64,000 nt of DNA from assembly GCF_036588685.1 (NCBI RefSeq), contig NC_086375.1:1116001-1180000 (forward strand). The letters run 5' to 3'. Below the pieces are notes generated by a model. It saw nothing but the letters and a program-made list of their open reading frames with translations, had not been told where the DNA came from and searched no databases. Of the stretch, positions 11,150 to 25,591 are shown piece by piece (the first letter of the stretch is position 1; each line of letters starts with the position of its first letter). The stretch comes from Mytilus trossulus. Lineage: Eukaryota. Made by a program: the position numbers and the translations under genes.

Positions 11150-12602
11150 CACAAGTTTAGAGTGTTGCCATCTACATGCACGAAGCATCAAAGTTTAGTC
11201 TGACGTCCATACTCCGACCGGACGTGACTGCGAACTAGAGTGTTATCCTGCCCTCATCCTTAGCATGGCGTTCCATCCAAATCGGAAAAGTCCGGATGAT
11301 CATATTATACTTAGTTATATTTAATACTGACCAGTAGTCTACACTTCATTTAACTTCAAAGGTCAAACCAAAAAAGAAAAGGCAGTGGCTATTCGTCCGG
11401 CTAGTCGGACAAATAGTCAAAAATGTCTATTCATCCGGCAAGCCGGACAAATAGCATTTTTACGGTTTTTCGCTATTTGTTCGGCCAAAAACATAATAAT
11501 GAAGATATAGCTTTGTGTTTTGAAGGTTTTAAATAAAGCACGAGTTGTTTTAAAAATTATATGGTCTAACATCGTTTTATGAAAAAGAACTCATTCTAAT
11601 AACAAAAAAACTCTTTTTTGTAGTTCTGCCTATGAATTTCATGTAAGGTAAAGAGTCGGGCCAATCATTATTGGCTTTATCTATGATTCCAAAAGATCCT
11701 TAATTTATTGTTTCTGTGAAGTTTGGTTAAAGGAAGGTCAATATATGATTATGCACGATTCTTCATTTTAATTGTTCTGCGATTTTTAATTCATAGGAAA
11801 TTAGAGAAAAGGGCAAGCACGTGTAACCTGTCCCCAAAAGTGGGATTTTGTTTTCGATAAGATTGTTTTAGAAAAAAATGTGTATTAGATACAACAGAAA
11901 AAAGGGGGTTATCCCAACCCTGGTGTCTTATTCACAGCATATCAGTATGTTCATATATCTCCGTTGTAGTAGAACTTGAAAATAATGCATCCAAGCAAGT
12001 TTGATATAGTTTTTTTCATTCAAGCAAGTTTGATATAGGATTTTTTTCCGAATGCGTTTTGCCTCCATAAGGTAAATGTGGGTAAATCATTAATTTCACT
12101 TCGATTTCAGGCTTATTCCTCACAGTTTACATGTACACGCTATTGTTCTGGAATCACTCCTATATAGTACATTTGTTTAAAGCAATCACGTTCTCTCAGG
12201 TTTTCTCTATGACATCTTTAAATATAAGTAACGATCTCCAATTCTCAAAACGTCCATTGCATACGCGCGTGTGTTATCCGACACCTCAACCGGGACACTT
12301 TCCGCGTCACATGACACTTTTGTTGATATTGAAGATTTGCGCATCCGCAGATGGATGGCCGGACGAATAGAGATTTTAAACTATTCGTCCGGCTAGCCGG
12401 ACGAATAGACACTCCGAAAAGAAAACTAAGTCTAATATGAACATCCGGACTTTTCCCATTTGGATGGAAAGCCATGATAAGGATGGTCGTCCGTTTGAGG
12501 GCAGGATAACACTTTAGTTCCCATTCACGTCCGGTCGGAGTATGGACGTCAGACTTAACTTTGATGCTTCGTGCATGTAGATAGCAACACTCTAAATTTG
12601 TG
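11150..12602. mobile_element. Non-autonomous DNA transposon / foldback element with long (about 250-300 bp) TIRs
   Basis: 11150-11307 is the reverse complement of about 12433-12602, and 11384-11440 of about 12356-12414. Termini TA|CACAAG...TTTGTG|TA (putative TA TSD). No transposase ORF inside. Confidence 0.85.
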
Positions 12603-13301
12603 TAAATGAAAGCATTTCAAAAACTCCTGGAAGGGTTTCCGACCCTATAAATAATACTCTCATTTTTTACAGGCAATCTAAAATTCACGCCTTTTCATCC
12701 GGTCGAACTATTTGACAGAATCTACCTATTGGTAAGATTGTCAATTTGTTCTCGTCCTGACTGATATTATCGCCGCATGCTAATATTTGCCACTGTTCGT
12801 AAAAAGAGGGGTCTTAGCTCATAGACACTATCCTTTTTTCCCCGAGCTTAACTTCCTAAGGGCTGGTTTAAGGAGAGAGGGGTCTTTGCTAATAGTAACT
12901 ATTTCTTTTATGTTTTGCCAGAAATAATTTAACGTCAATTGCATGTATACATTAATAGAAACAAATCTGCTAATTACTTTCTATAAAAAAAAATAAGTGT
13001 TGACGAGACCTGTGCTTGCAGATTAATTAAACGACTACACAAGAAAGAATACGAGGAATGTAAATTGAAACATATCTATACTACGTGTTGTTGTGGTTCA
13101 CCTTTACATTTTACATTCTGGATGAAAACTAACCATAAATCTTATTTCCCAAGCAGCCCTATCCGCTTTCAACCGTTTTTTTTTTCATTGTTGTCGTTTA
13201 TTATGATCATGGCTTATATATGACTTAAATATTTAAAATTGAACTACTCCAGCTTTGACATTTTCTTGCTTTTACAATTGAAAGCTTTCGATTCTAGACA
13301 C

Positions 13302-13908
13302 AAAACAAAATCGTAGAATGTGTCTATAGGCCACATATGTCCCCCAATTGTAAATATGCACGCGTCAACTTCCACGTATAAATGCAGGATTTATGTTGTT
13401 AAGCGTTGTGTGATTATAACCATAGTATAAGTTTATGAAACATTTCGTTGAAGCAAACTAAAGTAAAAGATAGGAAATTACAGATCATATCAACTATTCC
13501 ATTTCTAAAAGGTAAACCTTAAGTACGGTTAAAAATATGCCACGCTATTTCAAACGTGATCTGTGGTTTTTTTTTTATTAGTATTGTTGTATTATATGTC
13601 TCTGGTATTGTGAACAAGTTTCAGAACATTTGGTTGAGCCTAAAAAAGATAGAACGGAAAACAAAACATTTTGCAATTTTAAGGTTTTAAAAAGGGCATA
13701 ACTAATGAACAGTAAAAATGATTCAACCCGATTTCGACCTTGATACGTGTTTCGTGCTAGTGAGCATTGCGTATAAGTTTTATAACATTTTCTTAGGCAA
13801 ACTAGATTTATAGAACGGAAACCAATTTCGGGAACGCAAATACACGATGGACGAACAGGACAAGAATGACATGGGTAACATTTTCATGATGTATTTGAGG
13901 GGCATAAA
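13302..13908 (-). mobile_element. Decayed HINE/Helentron-like element with ~170-bp sub-repeats
   Basis: Three degenerate repeats of ...TATAAGTTT(N)AACATTT(N)GGCAAACTAAAG(N)AGAACGGAAA..., an AAGGGCATAAC motif, a GGAC-like tract and an end GGGGCATAAA, as in bivalve HINEs (from recall). Confidence 0.5.
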
Positions 13909-13962
13909 CATTTCATGGAATGTCTGAACCTCGATGTCCATCGGCCAGTCGATTACCACAAC

Positions 13963-14054
13963 ACGGTTACCTATAGTTGTTAATGTTTGTGTCATTTTGG
14001 TCTTTTGTGGATAGTTGTCTCATTGGAAATCATACCACATCTTCTTTTTTATAT
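13963..14054 (+). repeat. Family A copy (truncated)
   Basis: Same end as 7794-8077. Confidence 0.85.
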
Positions 14055-17000
14055 AATCAGTTATGCAATATTTTACCACTTTTCGAGAAAAATAACGTCA
14101 TTGTAATAGTGTGTTATGAAAGCGATTGACTTCCAAATAAATTGCACTAACGGCTACCAAAATATCGTAAATGTAAATATAGCCTGGCATCCTGGCTCAC
14201 TGATGCTTGGCACAAAGCTGAAATTTGGATAGGATCCGGTAATAAGTACACAGTATATGTAACGACAATTTGTAATCGTTTTTTTTTATTTAGTTCCTCT
14301 AGACAAAAATGTCGTTGAAGATAATGTTTCCGTTTTGGCTATATATGCTATTTCGACATAACGTAAAGCGGGTATGAAGGGTGTATAATATATGTACTTA
14401 CCGATACTATCAGGGACCTATTTACACTTAAAATGTTAGTTATGAAATAGGACAATAACCTCGTACTAGGTATGATTGTTTACAAATAGAAATGCATATA
14501 GTACACTCAATCACAAGTCATTACCGCTTAATACAGATGTCATTTCGTCCTTCTATGTTATTTGTTAATTACGCTGCAACATGCACATTTTACGAGATTT
14601 ATACGCATGTGTTACGTTTGCGTGTCATTGAAGCGATTATGTTGTTTACAAACAAACTATAATTCCATCCCGTTGTATGAGGAGTGGACGGGGGTGCCTC
14701 ATTCCTTCTTCCGTACCTCCAACTCCTACTTCCTCCCCTAAACTCCACCCCCTCTGATTCCCGTTACATGTACATTCTTCTTGTAAAGATAACTTAAAGA
14801 CTTTCTTAGTTCTAAGTATTAACCATTTTTTGAGGAGTTTTGCTTTGAGTGATTACTTTTTTCATGTAATAAATATTTTGTTTATCAGCAGCTCTGCGAG
14901 GATTTTTTTTCTTTAGATAAACGAAGGGAAAGCATATTTTGCCTAAGACATCTTTTCCAAACTAAATGATTGGACAAAAAAAGTCACACCATAATGCACA
15001 AAAGAGGGACAAAAAGATGCCAGAGGGACATTATAACTCATAGAACGAAAATAAACTGACAACGCCATGGCTGAAAAAGAATGCCTTATATTGTGAATTC
15101 ATTTGATGAAAATACAACATCTTCTCTTCTGTATATAATCGTGTTATGTTAAATTTGGATTTTTATGCCATCACCGTCGGATTGGTAGTCATTGTAAAAC
15201 TGGACCACTGAAATCCCGGTGCAAGGTTTGAAGGCTAGCGTAAACAGAGTCCAAGATTATGATTTGATCGGCGGCAAAACAATACCTAACCAGTTTAGAA
15301 TTCGATTATCCTACCCTAAACAGTCAAGATAAAGATCAAACGTGCATAAAATTTAGCGCCAAAACAAGTTCTGCATGTAAATAATTAAGCAAGGTATTTT
15401 TTTACGGGAGAAACGTCTCAATAATGTTGAGTTTCTCGATGAAGAGATAAGAGTAGCTGTGGTTTGATTGACACGGTTTATCTGCCTTTGTTGTAGGTCT
15501 GTCAGATCTTGTTAGACGGAACAAGATCAACATGGCCTTATCTAATACAGTATATTGAATCATTTCACCATCGTTGACAAGGAATTTCTATTACCAGTTC
15601 TAGAATGTCATTTAATGCATCTAGTTTTTTGCTAATGCGCATGAAATTAGCGCTTTCCCGCCGCAAACATATTATTGAAGAAGCAAACGAACAATATATA
15701 GATGTAAAAAGATGTGGTAATGAGACAACTCTCCATCCAAGTCACAATTTGTAAAATGTCAACCAGTATGTATTTACTTGTATTGTTTACACCAAAGTTT
15801 TGTTAAAAGGATGATGACCGAATTCAGATAAACTTTTTATCAACTAAGCTTCTCTTCGATAAAGATGTATTTTTTTAATGGAAACTTTTATTTCAAGTTT
15901 TCCTAGCTGATCCGATCACATTTAGTTAATGGAGGTTTAATAATCCTTGATTCAAAACATGAGTGCTCTTTTGATGTTGTTTTTTTTTTTTTCCTTTTAT
16001 AATCAGTAGTTTTGCATAGCCTCAAAGTTGTTCCCCGTTATTGAACAATATATGTACTTCTACTTTTTTGAACCGTTGGGTTGCTCAGCTTGCTGTATCA
16101 GTCCGAATACATCTCGTATTTTTCTTTTCTTAATCAGGCTGTCAATTTTTTTTGTTGAATAGTTCAGAAACACATGTAGGTGGACGTGATGGAATTGACA
16201 GCAATACTTTTTGGCGGTATTTGTGTGAGGCGACTTAGTACTTTTGTCACCCCAGAATTTGGATCATTCCTTTTTTTCCTGGAATCGAGCCAAATATTAT
16301 GTCAATGAACGAGGTACATGTAGAACCAATTTTCCTTGTATATTTCAATCATACATTCCGACCGTCATAAAGTTGTTTTTAACTCTACAGAAATCTGGAA
16401 TTTAAAGCATCTATTCTATATAATACTAAATCATTTTTCAGAATTTGTACATATTTCCTTAAATCACAATGATGTTTAGCGCATATATCCGTCAAGGACA
16501 ATTCTGAAAGCAAAATGGAAATGTAACTTTTTTGGGGGAGTAAATGTTTGCATCGGAAGACATCTTTACTGACCAAGAAGAATGATATAAAAGAGATACA
16601 AAGTTGAGTTATTTTTAATGGAATTTGGTTTATTTTTTAATTAGTTTCCTTCTTATATAATTTGTATATAATAATACCTAATTATTCCAACATCCATGAA
16701 AGTTTGAGCTATTTTATAGTAACTTGCATAAGTTACAAGTTAAGTTATTAAATCGTTAGAACTTCAAACGGTACAAATCAAACTTTTTTTTTAAAGTCGA
16801 TCCCTTCATAAATTCTGGGAAATTGGTCCTATCCGTTTCAATCTGTGCCAATGAAATATGTTCGTCAATTAAATCAGTATTTGGTGACGCGTTCCAACTT
16901 TAAGTATGCCAATGGGATTGAAAAAGCAAGTTACACTGAATGGTTAACCCACCTTTGACAGCAATAAATTGAGAAGAACGTTTTTTACTTCATATACGAA

Positions 17001-19778
17001 CAATCACATTCTATGCAGTGTATATATTAAAAAAGAAGATATTTTTCATTCTGTCTAAGAGTTGAACAATAAATAGGATTTACGAACTTAATTCGTTAAT
17101 AAATTAATCATTATTTCACTCAATGTAGGTAAAAATACATGTGCCTGTCTTCATGGTAGATTTCCTATTAATTTAGGCTTCACTTTACTGATGTAGACGT
17201 ATTTATGTTCGAAATTTATACCTACATGATTAATGTACATGTTTAACTAAAACATGTTATACGTCTGTACATAAAGTTATACGACCATAACACAGATTTC
17301 AAGAACTTTCCTGTTCCATTTTTTTATAGATTGTGTTAGAAAAATCTTTGCTGTATCTGGGACTATTATGTCCCAGGCTATAGTATATATGTTATTTTTT
17401 TTTATAAATTACAAGAACTTTTGGCTATTGGTATTTATTTTAGGTTACTATGTTATTAGAAATCCTGGCTTTCAAATATTTAGGTTTTCGAACGTTCTTG
17501 ATGAAGGAACATTCAGAAAAAGGCGCTACTGATGCAAAAATCAAATCTTATAACTTTTTTGGTGTAGAATCCAAACAAGAAAAACATGACAATATTTACA
17601 AACATACCGACTATTAACCGACATTTATATCATATAAGTATATCAAATATCATTAGAAAGTTTGGATGAGGAGGTGACTCTTTTGTAAATTTGAAAGTTA
17701 AAGTTAAAATATAAGAAAAACAGAAAATTTATATTACATAATTCTAGTGTTTCTAGATGCTCTAAAATAAATTTCTCAAGAAGATGGGATACGGGTTAAA
17801 TACATGCCCATCCAAGATCGAATGGTTGTTCTAAAAATTGAAAAACGGATACATTTTCCCTTTGAACAAGGCAAAAGAAAATACAGGAAAATTCACCCTT
17901 ATCCACCGTGCATTCGAAACAAATTTCAAAATTGGCGTGAAAACTGTACAGTGCATTCACAAGATAAAACCGGAAAATTTCGCTCCTTCAGGAAGGAGTT
18001 GATTTAAGAAGTAAATAAAGGGGAAAGATAAAAGAGATGATAACATAAGTGCGTAATTAGGACAATTAATCTCTTGATACCACCCGTGTATACCAAAACA
18101 TACCGAAACGAATTTTGTGATGAGAATATAAACACGATGTAAGGACCCCTAGTGGTTACACTGCTTTGACTACTGATGATCCAACATTAACACCTTGGTG
18201 TGGTGCTCCAAAACCAAGTGGTCCCTGGAGAAAGCTTACCAATAACATCAACAAACTTCAAACGAACAATACAATAATGGTGTGTTATTATTACAATCCT
18301 GGAATACACAGGCGTCTTGTTATCACCACTCAGGGAGTGACTTTGATATCAAGATGGAAAAACAAAGAAGAAAAGAAACAATAAAGAGAATGTAAACAAA
18401 CAATTATACGTTTATAATTAACTCCAAATGTTTCTTCGGATAACCACGGTTTTGTATGGAATCCGAACCTTTTAGTTTACAAGCCTTTTCTCTCACGTTC
18501 ACTCATCCATATTTCATTTCTATGTTTTACCTACAAAAAACACTTCAAAGTGATGCATGTCTTGCATGCCCCCTACATGCGTGTTTAATTTCATATATAT
18601 AACCAGCTTGTGGTTTATCAACTTCAAATTGATAGTTTATTGTTTAGATACTGAGAAAAATACCATCTTTTCCCACGTCATTTACTGCTAAATAAAAAAA
18701 TAAGCATTTTACAAAACATTTCCATATGTTCTCGCCACGATCATACTATTTTCCCACCATTAAAACGCATGCATTAAATAACTCATATCAGTGACGTTTT
18801 AATAATGCCCCCATAGGTACCCCAACCTGCAATGCACATAACAAGCATAGGTCGGAATGACATGTGTTGCAAACGACGTATACTTCATGCAAAAATCAAA
18901 CGACTGGCGTGGGAAATTTTGTCTTAAAGAATGTCGTTAAAATACTTATATCTGTTCAGCATATAACCCTAATCATATTAATATCTCTAATTGTTTTAGT
19001 TAGGAAACGACATGTAACATTCTTAGATTTGAGCAGCGAGATTTCTAACGAGATTTATCAGATTTTTTTAAAATTGAGTTATTAATCATGTTGGATTATT
19101 AAGTGTTATATAATATTACGGTGATATTGTAAATAGTTGTTTAACCTGGTGCTACAGTTTATGAAATTGTAAGATTCTAAGATCCCTCATCCAGAATTTA
19201 ATAGTAGAGTAACCGTTTTCTGCTAGCAAGAAAACTGACAAATCTTACATGGTCAAGATTCACACCGATTCCACTAACCAATACGCCGAAGAAGTCATTA
19301 TGTTATTTCAATATTAAAAATTTCAATAGTTTGCATTCAATTGGACAGAAATCGTGCTTCTCCGTCACCCGACTAGGTTTGTGTACTCGTACGAATCTGG
19401 ACGAGTTTCTCACATCGTATTCCCTAAATGTATTTCTGTACAGGAAACATAAGGGTTACAACAGAGACTACATGTTTTAATATAAGTAATACCTTCTAGA
19501 ATTAGTTCGAGATTTTTCTGACGTGTAACGACCTCAAGTTTCGGTGTTTTGATGGGGTCTAACATAATCCAGAAAATAAGGTCGTCTTTAGAGGAATTTA
19601 GGACTACCTAGTTATTGACTATTGAAGTCCTTTAATGGACAATTTTGAATTCTAAAGAAGTATCAAGCAATCTGTCGAAGACTATGTTTGCATCACTGAG
19701 TAAAAGCAATAGACAACAGCATGTTGGAATTTCATAATATATATATCCATATATATTATACTCTCGTCTAAGTATACA

Positions 19779-19830
19779 TTAAAGTCCACAACATTTCACC
19801 AGTTCTATGGTCGGCACCACGGTGTCTGTT
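19779..19830 (+). pseudogene. Tiny Penelope-like RT C-terminal fragment
   Basis: Translates LKSTTFHQFYGRHH, resembling the recalled LKSSFRKFYGRHH motif of mollusc Penelope-like elements. Confidence 0.4.
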
Positions 19831-21192
19831 AAGTCTGATCAAGGAAGTTGTTTCTGCATTCTGAACTTGCTAAAAACATTTCCTTCTCACAGATACTTTG
19901 TGACTATATTTCCATCCATCTGGGCTCACTTTTGGGTTTGCCATTGCTAGCATAAGACATGCGGTGAATGATACAAACATATCAAAATTTAATTCTTTAC
20001 GCGTTCTTTCTTCATTCACTTGCTTCGCACTTCTTTATTCTATCCCGTAAAATGATTTATAAATTAATTTAAGTTTTTTAAGACGTATTCTATTTACGAG
20101 GTTTTGCTTTCATTTTTTTTTTTCGTTTTTCTTGATTTCGATATTCCAAAGTGGTATTTTTTCGTGATTGTGTCTTAAAAGAGAAAATGGACAAACACAC
20201 CACTTCAGAAAATGTCCAAGAGATAACAACCCGACCAAAGATCAGTTTATTAATGTATTAATATGCAAATGTCATATCTTATTCAGCTTTGTTTTTTTAA
20301 TGTTAGTACATTTGTACGTAGTAAACATATATGTATTGTTTTGATCTCAAGTTTTCTTCTGGTACAAAGTCGACTTGAAAAGTGTGCTTCGGCCTTGGGA
20401 GGTATCCATGCAAGCTATAGATCCTCGGCTTCACAATACTAAAAAGTATGCATAGCCCGAGTGTTATGTCATATTTGTTGTTGTGGAATAATTAACAAAT
20501 CTAAAGATTTTTCATGTTTATGCAGAAAACAAAAGATAAGAGAAAACTTAGTAGCGTGAGAAAATCACTCCCACGCCACGGAGAATCTTACTACTAGATA
20601 CTACATCATGCTTAATGTCTGCATCGCAGTGTGCAACAGTAATAAGCGGGAAACATATACGATAATTCTTTATGACAAAAGTTGCCAAAATGATGCTCAT
20701 GTTGAAATCTCATTTTGCCGCGTTAATTAGATTACAATAACGATTTACGATTTATCAAGGAAAGTTACACTAAAATCAATCTAAAATCATTTGCATTGAC
20801 ACCTCTTGAAAATTGTCTGATATTAACATTTGAATGTAATTAAAATTTTAAAAATCGTGGCCATGCTTATTACACTAAAACAATATTCAAAGGTTGATAA
20901 TATATGGGTTGATGTAAAAGTATATGGATGTTGGGTATACTCCTCTAAGGGAAGGAAACCAAACAACACAAAAATAGAAAAGTCATTTGATGGTATAAAC
21001 ATTCCGGCACACTTCTAATATGTCAAGCTAGCTTGTGGTTAATTCAACAGACTACCAAGTCTTTATAAAAAGTTTAAAAAAAATACAAACCACTTGAGAC
21101 AGACACGCATAGGTAGAGCTTTTTTACGTTCAGTCTTTCGTTAAATATATTATTTGTTCTCTGGATGGAAAACTCCGATACTGTTGATCCTG

Positions 21193-21310
21193 ATGGGCTT
21201 TGCTCATTGTAGAAGGCCGTACGATGACCTATAGTTGTTAATGTTGTGTCATTTTGGTCTTTTGTGGATAGTTGTCAATTGGCAATCATACCATCTCTTC
21301 TTATTTATAT
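21193..21310 (+). repeat. Family A copy (truncated)
   Basis: Same end as 7794-8077. Confidence 0.85.
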
Positions 21311-21969
21311 GCACTTGTTTCGTCCAAATTTTCAAAGTTTGGTGCCTTTAATTTGTCTGCATTCATATTGATTATGTTTTTTACTTTCAATTAAGATATG
21401 TAAAATCTTTAGTTTAGGAGACAAACAATTGTTTTATACTTAATCAACTGTAAAGGAAAGAAATTTGGTTCTATAAGTTTTTCTGGACCAAAACGCATTA
21501 AAAAAGATATAAAAATTACTGGAACTAATTTGGTTCCAGACAAGGACGATGGCATCGGCCTAAATTACAATTACAGTAATTACTGCACCAGTCTCGTGTA
21601 TATTTGACAGGCAGTGATCTTACACATTCACACGACATGTAGTGTGTATCAATTATTCTGATACGTCAGGTACATGTATGATTGACACATGTGTGGCATA
21701 AAACATGCACTTGACACGGGGGATAATCTATGTGATAATCAGCATCATGTATCTGGAATAAATTACATGTAAATTGGTCAGATATTAATTTGTTCTTTTT
21801 TTATGAAGCAATAAAATATCACAATTGTTTTGGATTACGCAATAATTTGTATACTAAACATTTTGAAGCTAAAAATATAAAAATTCACTATGGTTTCATC
21901 AAATCCTTGGTTTTAATAAATTGATGGGGGTTTCTTTTGTAGATATGAATTTATTATGAAAAATTAATG

Positions 21970-22116
21970 TGTCTCAATTATCAAAACAAATTGTAAATAC
22001 TCGATTGTCTTGAGAAACGATAGGGCTTTTCTTTGTAGTTACAAATTTATTATGAAAAAATGAATTTGTCTCAATAATTAAAAACAAATTGTAAATACTC
22101 GAATTGCCGTGAGAAA
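21970..22116. repeat. Diverged direct duplication, period about 97 bp
   Basis: TGTCTCAAT..AAAACAAATTGTAAATACTCGA twice. Confidence 0.75.
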
Positions 22117-22920
22117 TGCTAGAAATAACCATAAATTCTAATTCTGTCTTTTGAAATATGGCGGTATTCGATTTTTCGTACGTTTCAAAAGTATTTGACG
22201 TATACATGTAGATATAAAAGGTATTTCCAATATTTACACGTAGATAACTATTATTAGCATCCTATAAAAAGACAAAACAAATCTGTGAAATTATGGAATT
22301 ATTCCTTTTGAGTAAATTGGCTTGTTTTTCCAATAAAGACCGTCTAATTAGTAGTGTAAACAAGATTAAATTAGATATACTTTGATCTTTTAACAACCAA
22401 TCAAGGCAGTATAAGCTCGCAATTCTCTAGGTCTTCGTAGTTTTTTTTTTATGTTTTCACGCCGAAGCAAAAACTGTCATTGATAAATAAAATGTCTATT
22501 CATTAAAGCTAGACTTCCAGACTGGGTTTTACTTACATTGTTTCTCTTTGTTTGTTTTAACAATAATTTTAACGTCTTAATTAGAAAATAAATCTTAAAG
22601 AGTAATACGTGACAATTTATAATTGATCCATTGCACTGTACTGTCTTTTATCCTAAGTTTGATTTTAAGGACGCATTATTTTAAAAGTCTGATCTCTTCG
22701 TGCAATTGTTATCTCACAGCCCTATGAGTGAAATCTAAGACTTCTATTCTTTGGTTAAATGCACAATTTTACCCAGACATATTGATACCAAACAATTAGA
22801 CAAGGAAATAAATAAAAAGAAAAGTAAATTTCAATAAATATTATTTTTTATTAAAAGAGATGTTTACTGATCGGAAGTTTATAAATATTAAATCATAAAC
22901 AATAAAAAAAATACTATCAT

Positions 22921-22925
<5 letters not shown>

Positions 22926-22954
<29 letters not shown>
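22926..22954. repeat. (TA)n microsatellite
   Basis: About 14 TA units. Confidence 0.95.
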
Positions 22955-22956
<2 letters not shown>

Positions 22957-24876
22957 CTTCTAAATCAGTACATACTTAGGCCCGAAGGAAGAAATAGAAA
23001 AAAATCCATATATGAAAAGTATAGTGTCAGGCGAGAAAATCTTATTAAAAAGGTCAACAATAATTCAAGGATTAACTCCCTTTCGCCATAAATTTATTTC
23101 AAATGATGACAAGAAATGTATTCATTGATTAACGCGATATAAGAAATCTACCTGCAGTGTAATACAAGTATGACATCTGAGAGGAATTTTACACCGTAGG
23201 GATTCTTGAAAAATTATCCAAATGATATTCATAACATGACATATTTCGTATCAGAAAATTAAATATGTATTGTGTGACGCAACTGTATACCTTTTCAAAA
23301 TCCAGGTAATCTTCGATGATAAGACCGTTACCTGCTGTGAATTCAGGTGTCAGAAATTATCCGTAAATATTTCAATCTATTGATAATTCCTATCTGATTT
23401 TGACATTTTATTTCGTGATTAAGGTTTACAAATCAGGTGGATGTTAATTTCGAAATTGACAATTTTACAGCTTAATTATCTGAATAGATACAGGATATAG
23501 GAATGTCATAAAATTCATAATATGTGATATCTATTTTTTTATTTTTCACCAAAATTACGTGTTATATAGTGAAGTCATAAGTCCGCTGGTAAATTAGTCA
23601 AAATGAGTAATTAGAACATATAAACATAGCCTACCTCAAGGCGTATGTCAGAGAATAAATTATCATAAATTAACAAAGAAAAATGAGCATTAGTAATTAA
23701 AAATTAGACCGGATGAGACAAATTTTCTCACTTATACTCAAAATAAATTTGAAGCCCGCGAGTAAAACCATATATTGTATTGCAGTGGGGAAGTTTTACT
23801 GGATTCCCAATTAACCGCATAATTAACTTTTAATGAATTATTAAAAAGTCCTGTTAATTTGTAATTAACATGTACCGGTATAATATTTTTTTTAAAAGTT
23901 TTATGGTTTCAATTTATGGAATGGATTCAACATACGTGATTTTTCAATTACCAGTTACTTATTTCAGAGTTTGGATATTAAAAAAAGTGTCGAAATTTTT
24001 TTTTTAAAGTTTTGCAAAAAAATGTTTTATTTGTTGACTTTTCTGAGAAACTTCAGTTTGATGGCCATGTCTAAATGGATTGGCCATTGATATCCCACGT
24101 CTCTTTCTTGTACTATTTTCTTCTCTCACTCTTATATATGTGTTATATAAGTATATAGTATCTATATTAGTATATAGAAGTTATATTGTTTTAGTCGGAT
24201 CTGTGTTCGATCTTTATTTGCTTGTGTTTTCTTTGTATAAACCGTTGTTTGTCTTATTGGCCCTAGTATAACCTTTTTATATCAAAGAATCGATCATGTA
24301 TAATACATGTATTAAAAAAATAACATACACCGAAAAATGATATCATATTTTCTCAGCACAGCTAGTCAAAAGCAAAAAATCATGCCGATACCTTCTAACT
24401 GGTGTAAGTGTCTTCTTAATTTCTGTATACTATTTTTTTTCTTCCATAATTGTGGATTAACAACCTTGTCCCTTTTGCGTAAAAAAAATGTTGATGTAGC
24501 TGTTCACGAAATCCCGGTTCATACAGAAGAACGCAGTCGTGAAGATTGTTATAATTTTAAATTTAAACGCACTCGATAGATCTTTTACCTATCAAGAAGG
24601 TTCAATAAATTTTGAAATATTTAAAAGTAAATATTGTGATATGAACGAGAGATATATTAGATAATTAATAAATATTGTAAACAAACAATCACGCCATCAG
24701 ACAGCAGACTTTGTACGTCGTCTGGCCGTTGTCTGACCTAATCACCTGACATTTCATCCTCGTCATTCATAAAAAAAAAAAAAAAATCAAAATATCCAAA
24801 CTTCATTTAAGTTTAGTTTATAAAATTCATCAACTCCAACTCTTAACATAATTTATACAAAACTAGCTACTATAGA

Positions 24877-24898
24877 CACGTGGTTTTTCGCGCCAAAA
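24877..24898. promoter_or_regulatory. E-box CACGTG adjacent to an overlapping E2F-type site TTTTCGCGCCAAAA
   Basis: CACGTG 24877-24882 and TTTCGCGCCAAA 24886-24897, about 570 bp upstream of the predicted TSS in otherwise AT-rich DNA. Confidence 0.45.
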
Positions 24899-25337
24899 TT
24901 GTGAGGGAATTTGCGGGAATAACAAATACCATGTGATGTGTATTGAACCAGTATTATTTTATTTAAAATGAATCAACTTTTCTGCAAATAGATTGGAAGT
25001 CAAATGTCTCCGCTACACTGAATACACCCATTGTTGTAAATCCATCTGAAACACACCACCCCCTTTAAAGAATCTAGTGACATCATTGACTTTCAAGGTC
25101 GAGCCAACCATACGTTCAAAAAAGCTTTCCTTATACACTAACTAAAACAGAATTCTGAAAATAAAATCCATACACACGTTAGAAAATCATAAAAGTTGCT
25201 TAAACTAAAACAAAATGTTAAAAAAATCCATCAATTTTTATTAATTATTTCAAATGTTCAAATTCTGTACAGAAAAAAATTTCTACACACTTGTTTACAA
25301 CAATTTCGTAATACTGATAAAATTACTTTGCTGTTGT

Positions 25338-25465
25338 CCAATCAAAATCGTCGACCGACTTATTCAATTATCTGATAGCTCCTCCTCCTTTACTGTAAAT
25401 AATTACTTCAGTAAGCCCCGCCTCCTTTGGGATATATACGCATCGAAACCGCATGTTCAACAGTT
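25338..25465 (+). promoter_or_regulatory. Core promoter of the ZFP36-family gene
   Basis: CCAAT 25338-25342, GC box GCCCCGCCTCC 25415-25425, TATATA 25433-25438, and Inr-like CAGTT 25461-25465 (A at 25462, 29 nt after the TATA start). No ATG between the predicted TSS and 25538. Confidence 0.7.
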
Positions 25466-25537
25466 GTGTCAAAGTAATCATACCTAGTGGATAAACCTAC
25501 AATTAACAGTATTATTAATATTATTCAAAAGGACATT

Positions 25538-25591
25538 ATGTCTAGTGCTCAAATATCTGCATTTTATGATGTTGGTGATGTTCTTCAACAG
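25538..25591 (+). CDS. ZFP36L: ZFP36/TIS11-family gene, coding exon 1 (MSSAQISAFYDVGDVLQQ)
   Basis: ATG at 25538, 18 codons, then a strong donor CAG|GTAAGC at 25591/25592 (phase 0). The peptide resembles the Tis11B N-terminal motif of vertebrate ZFP36L2 (MSTTLLSAFYDV...) and ZFP36L1. Confidence 0.9.

Noticed and set aside
18138-18481. Solo LTR beginning TGTAAGG
   Set aside because: No TSD, PBS, PPT or second copy could be identified.
25254-25487. 77-aa ORF upstream of ZFP36 as a uORF
   Set aside because: Starts upstream of the predicted TATA/TSS, so it is not in the mRNA.
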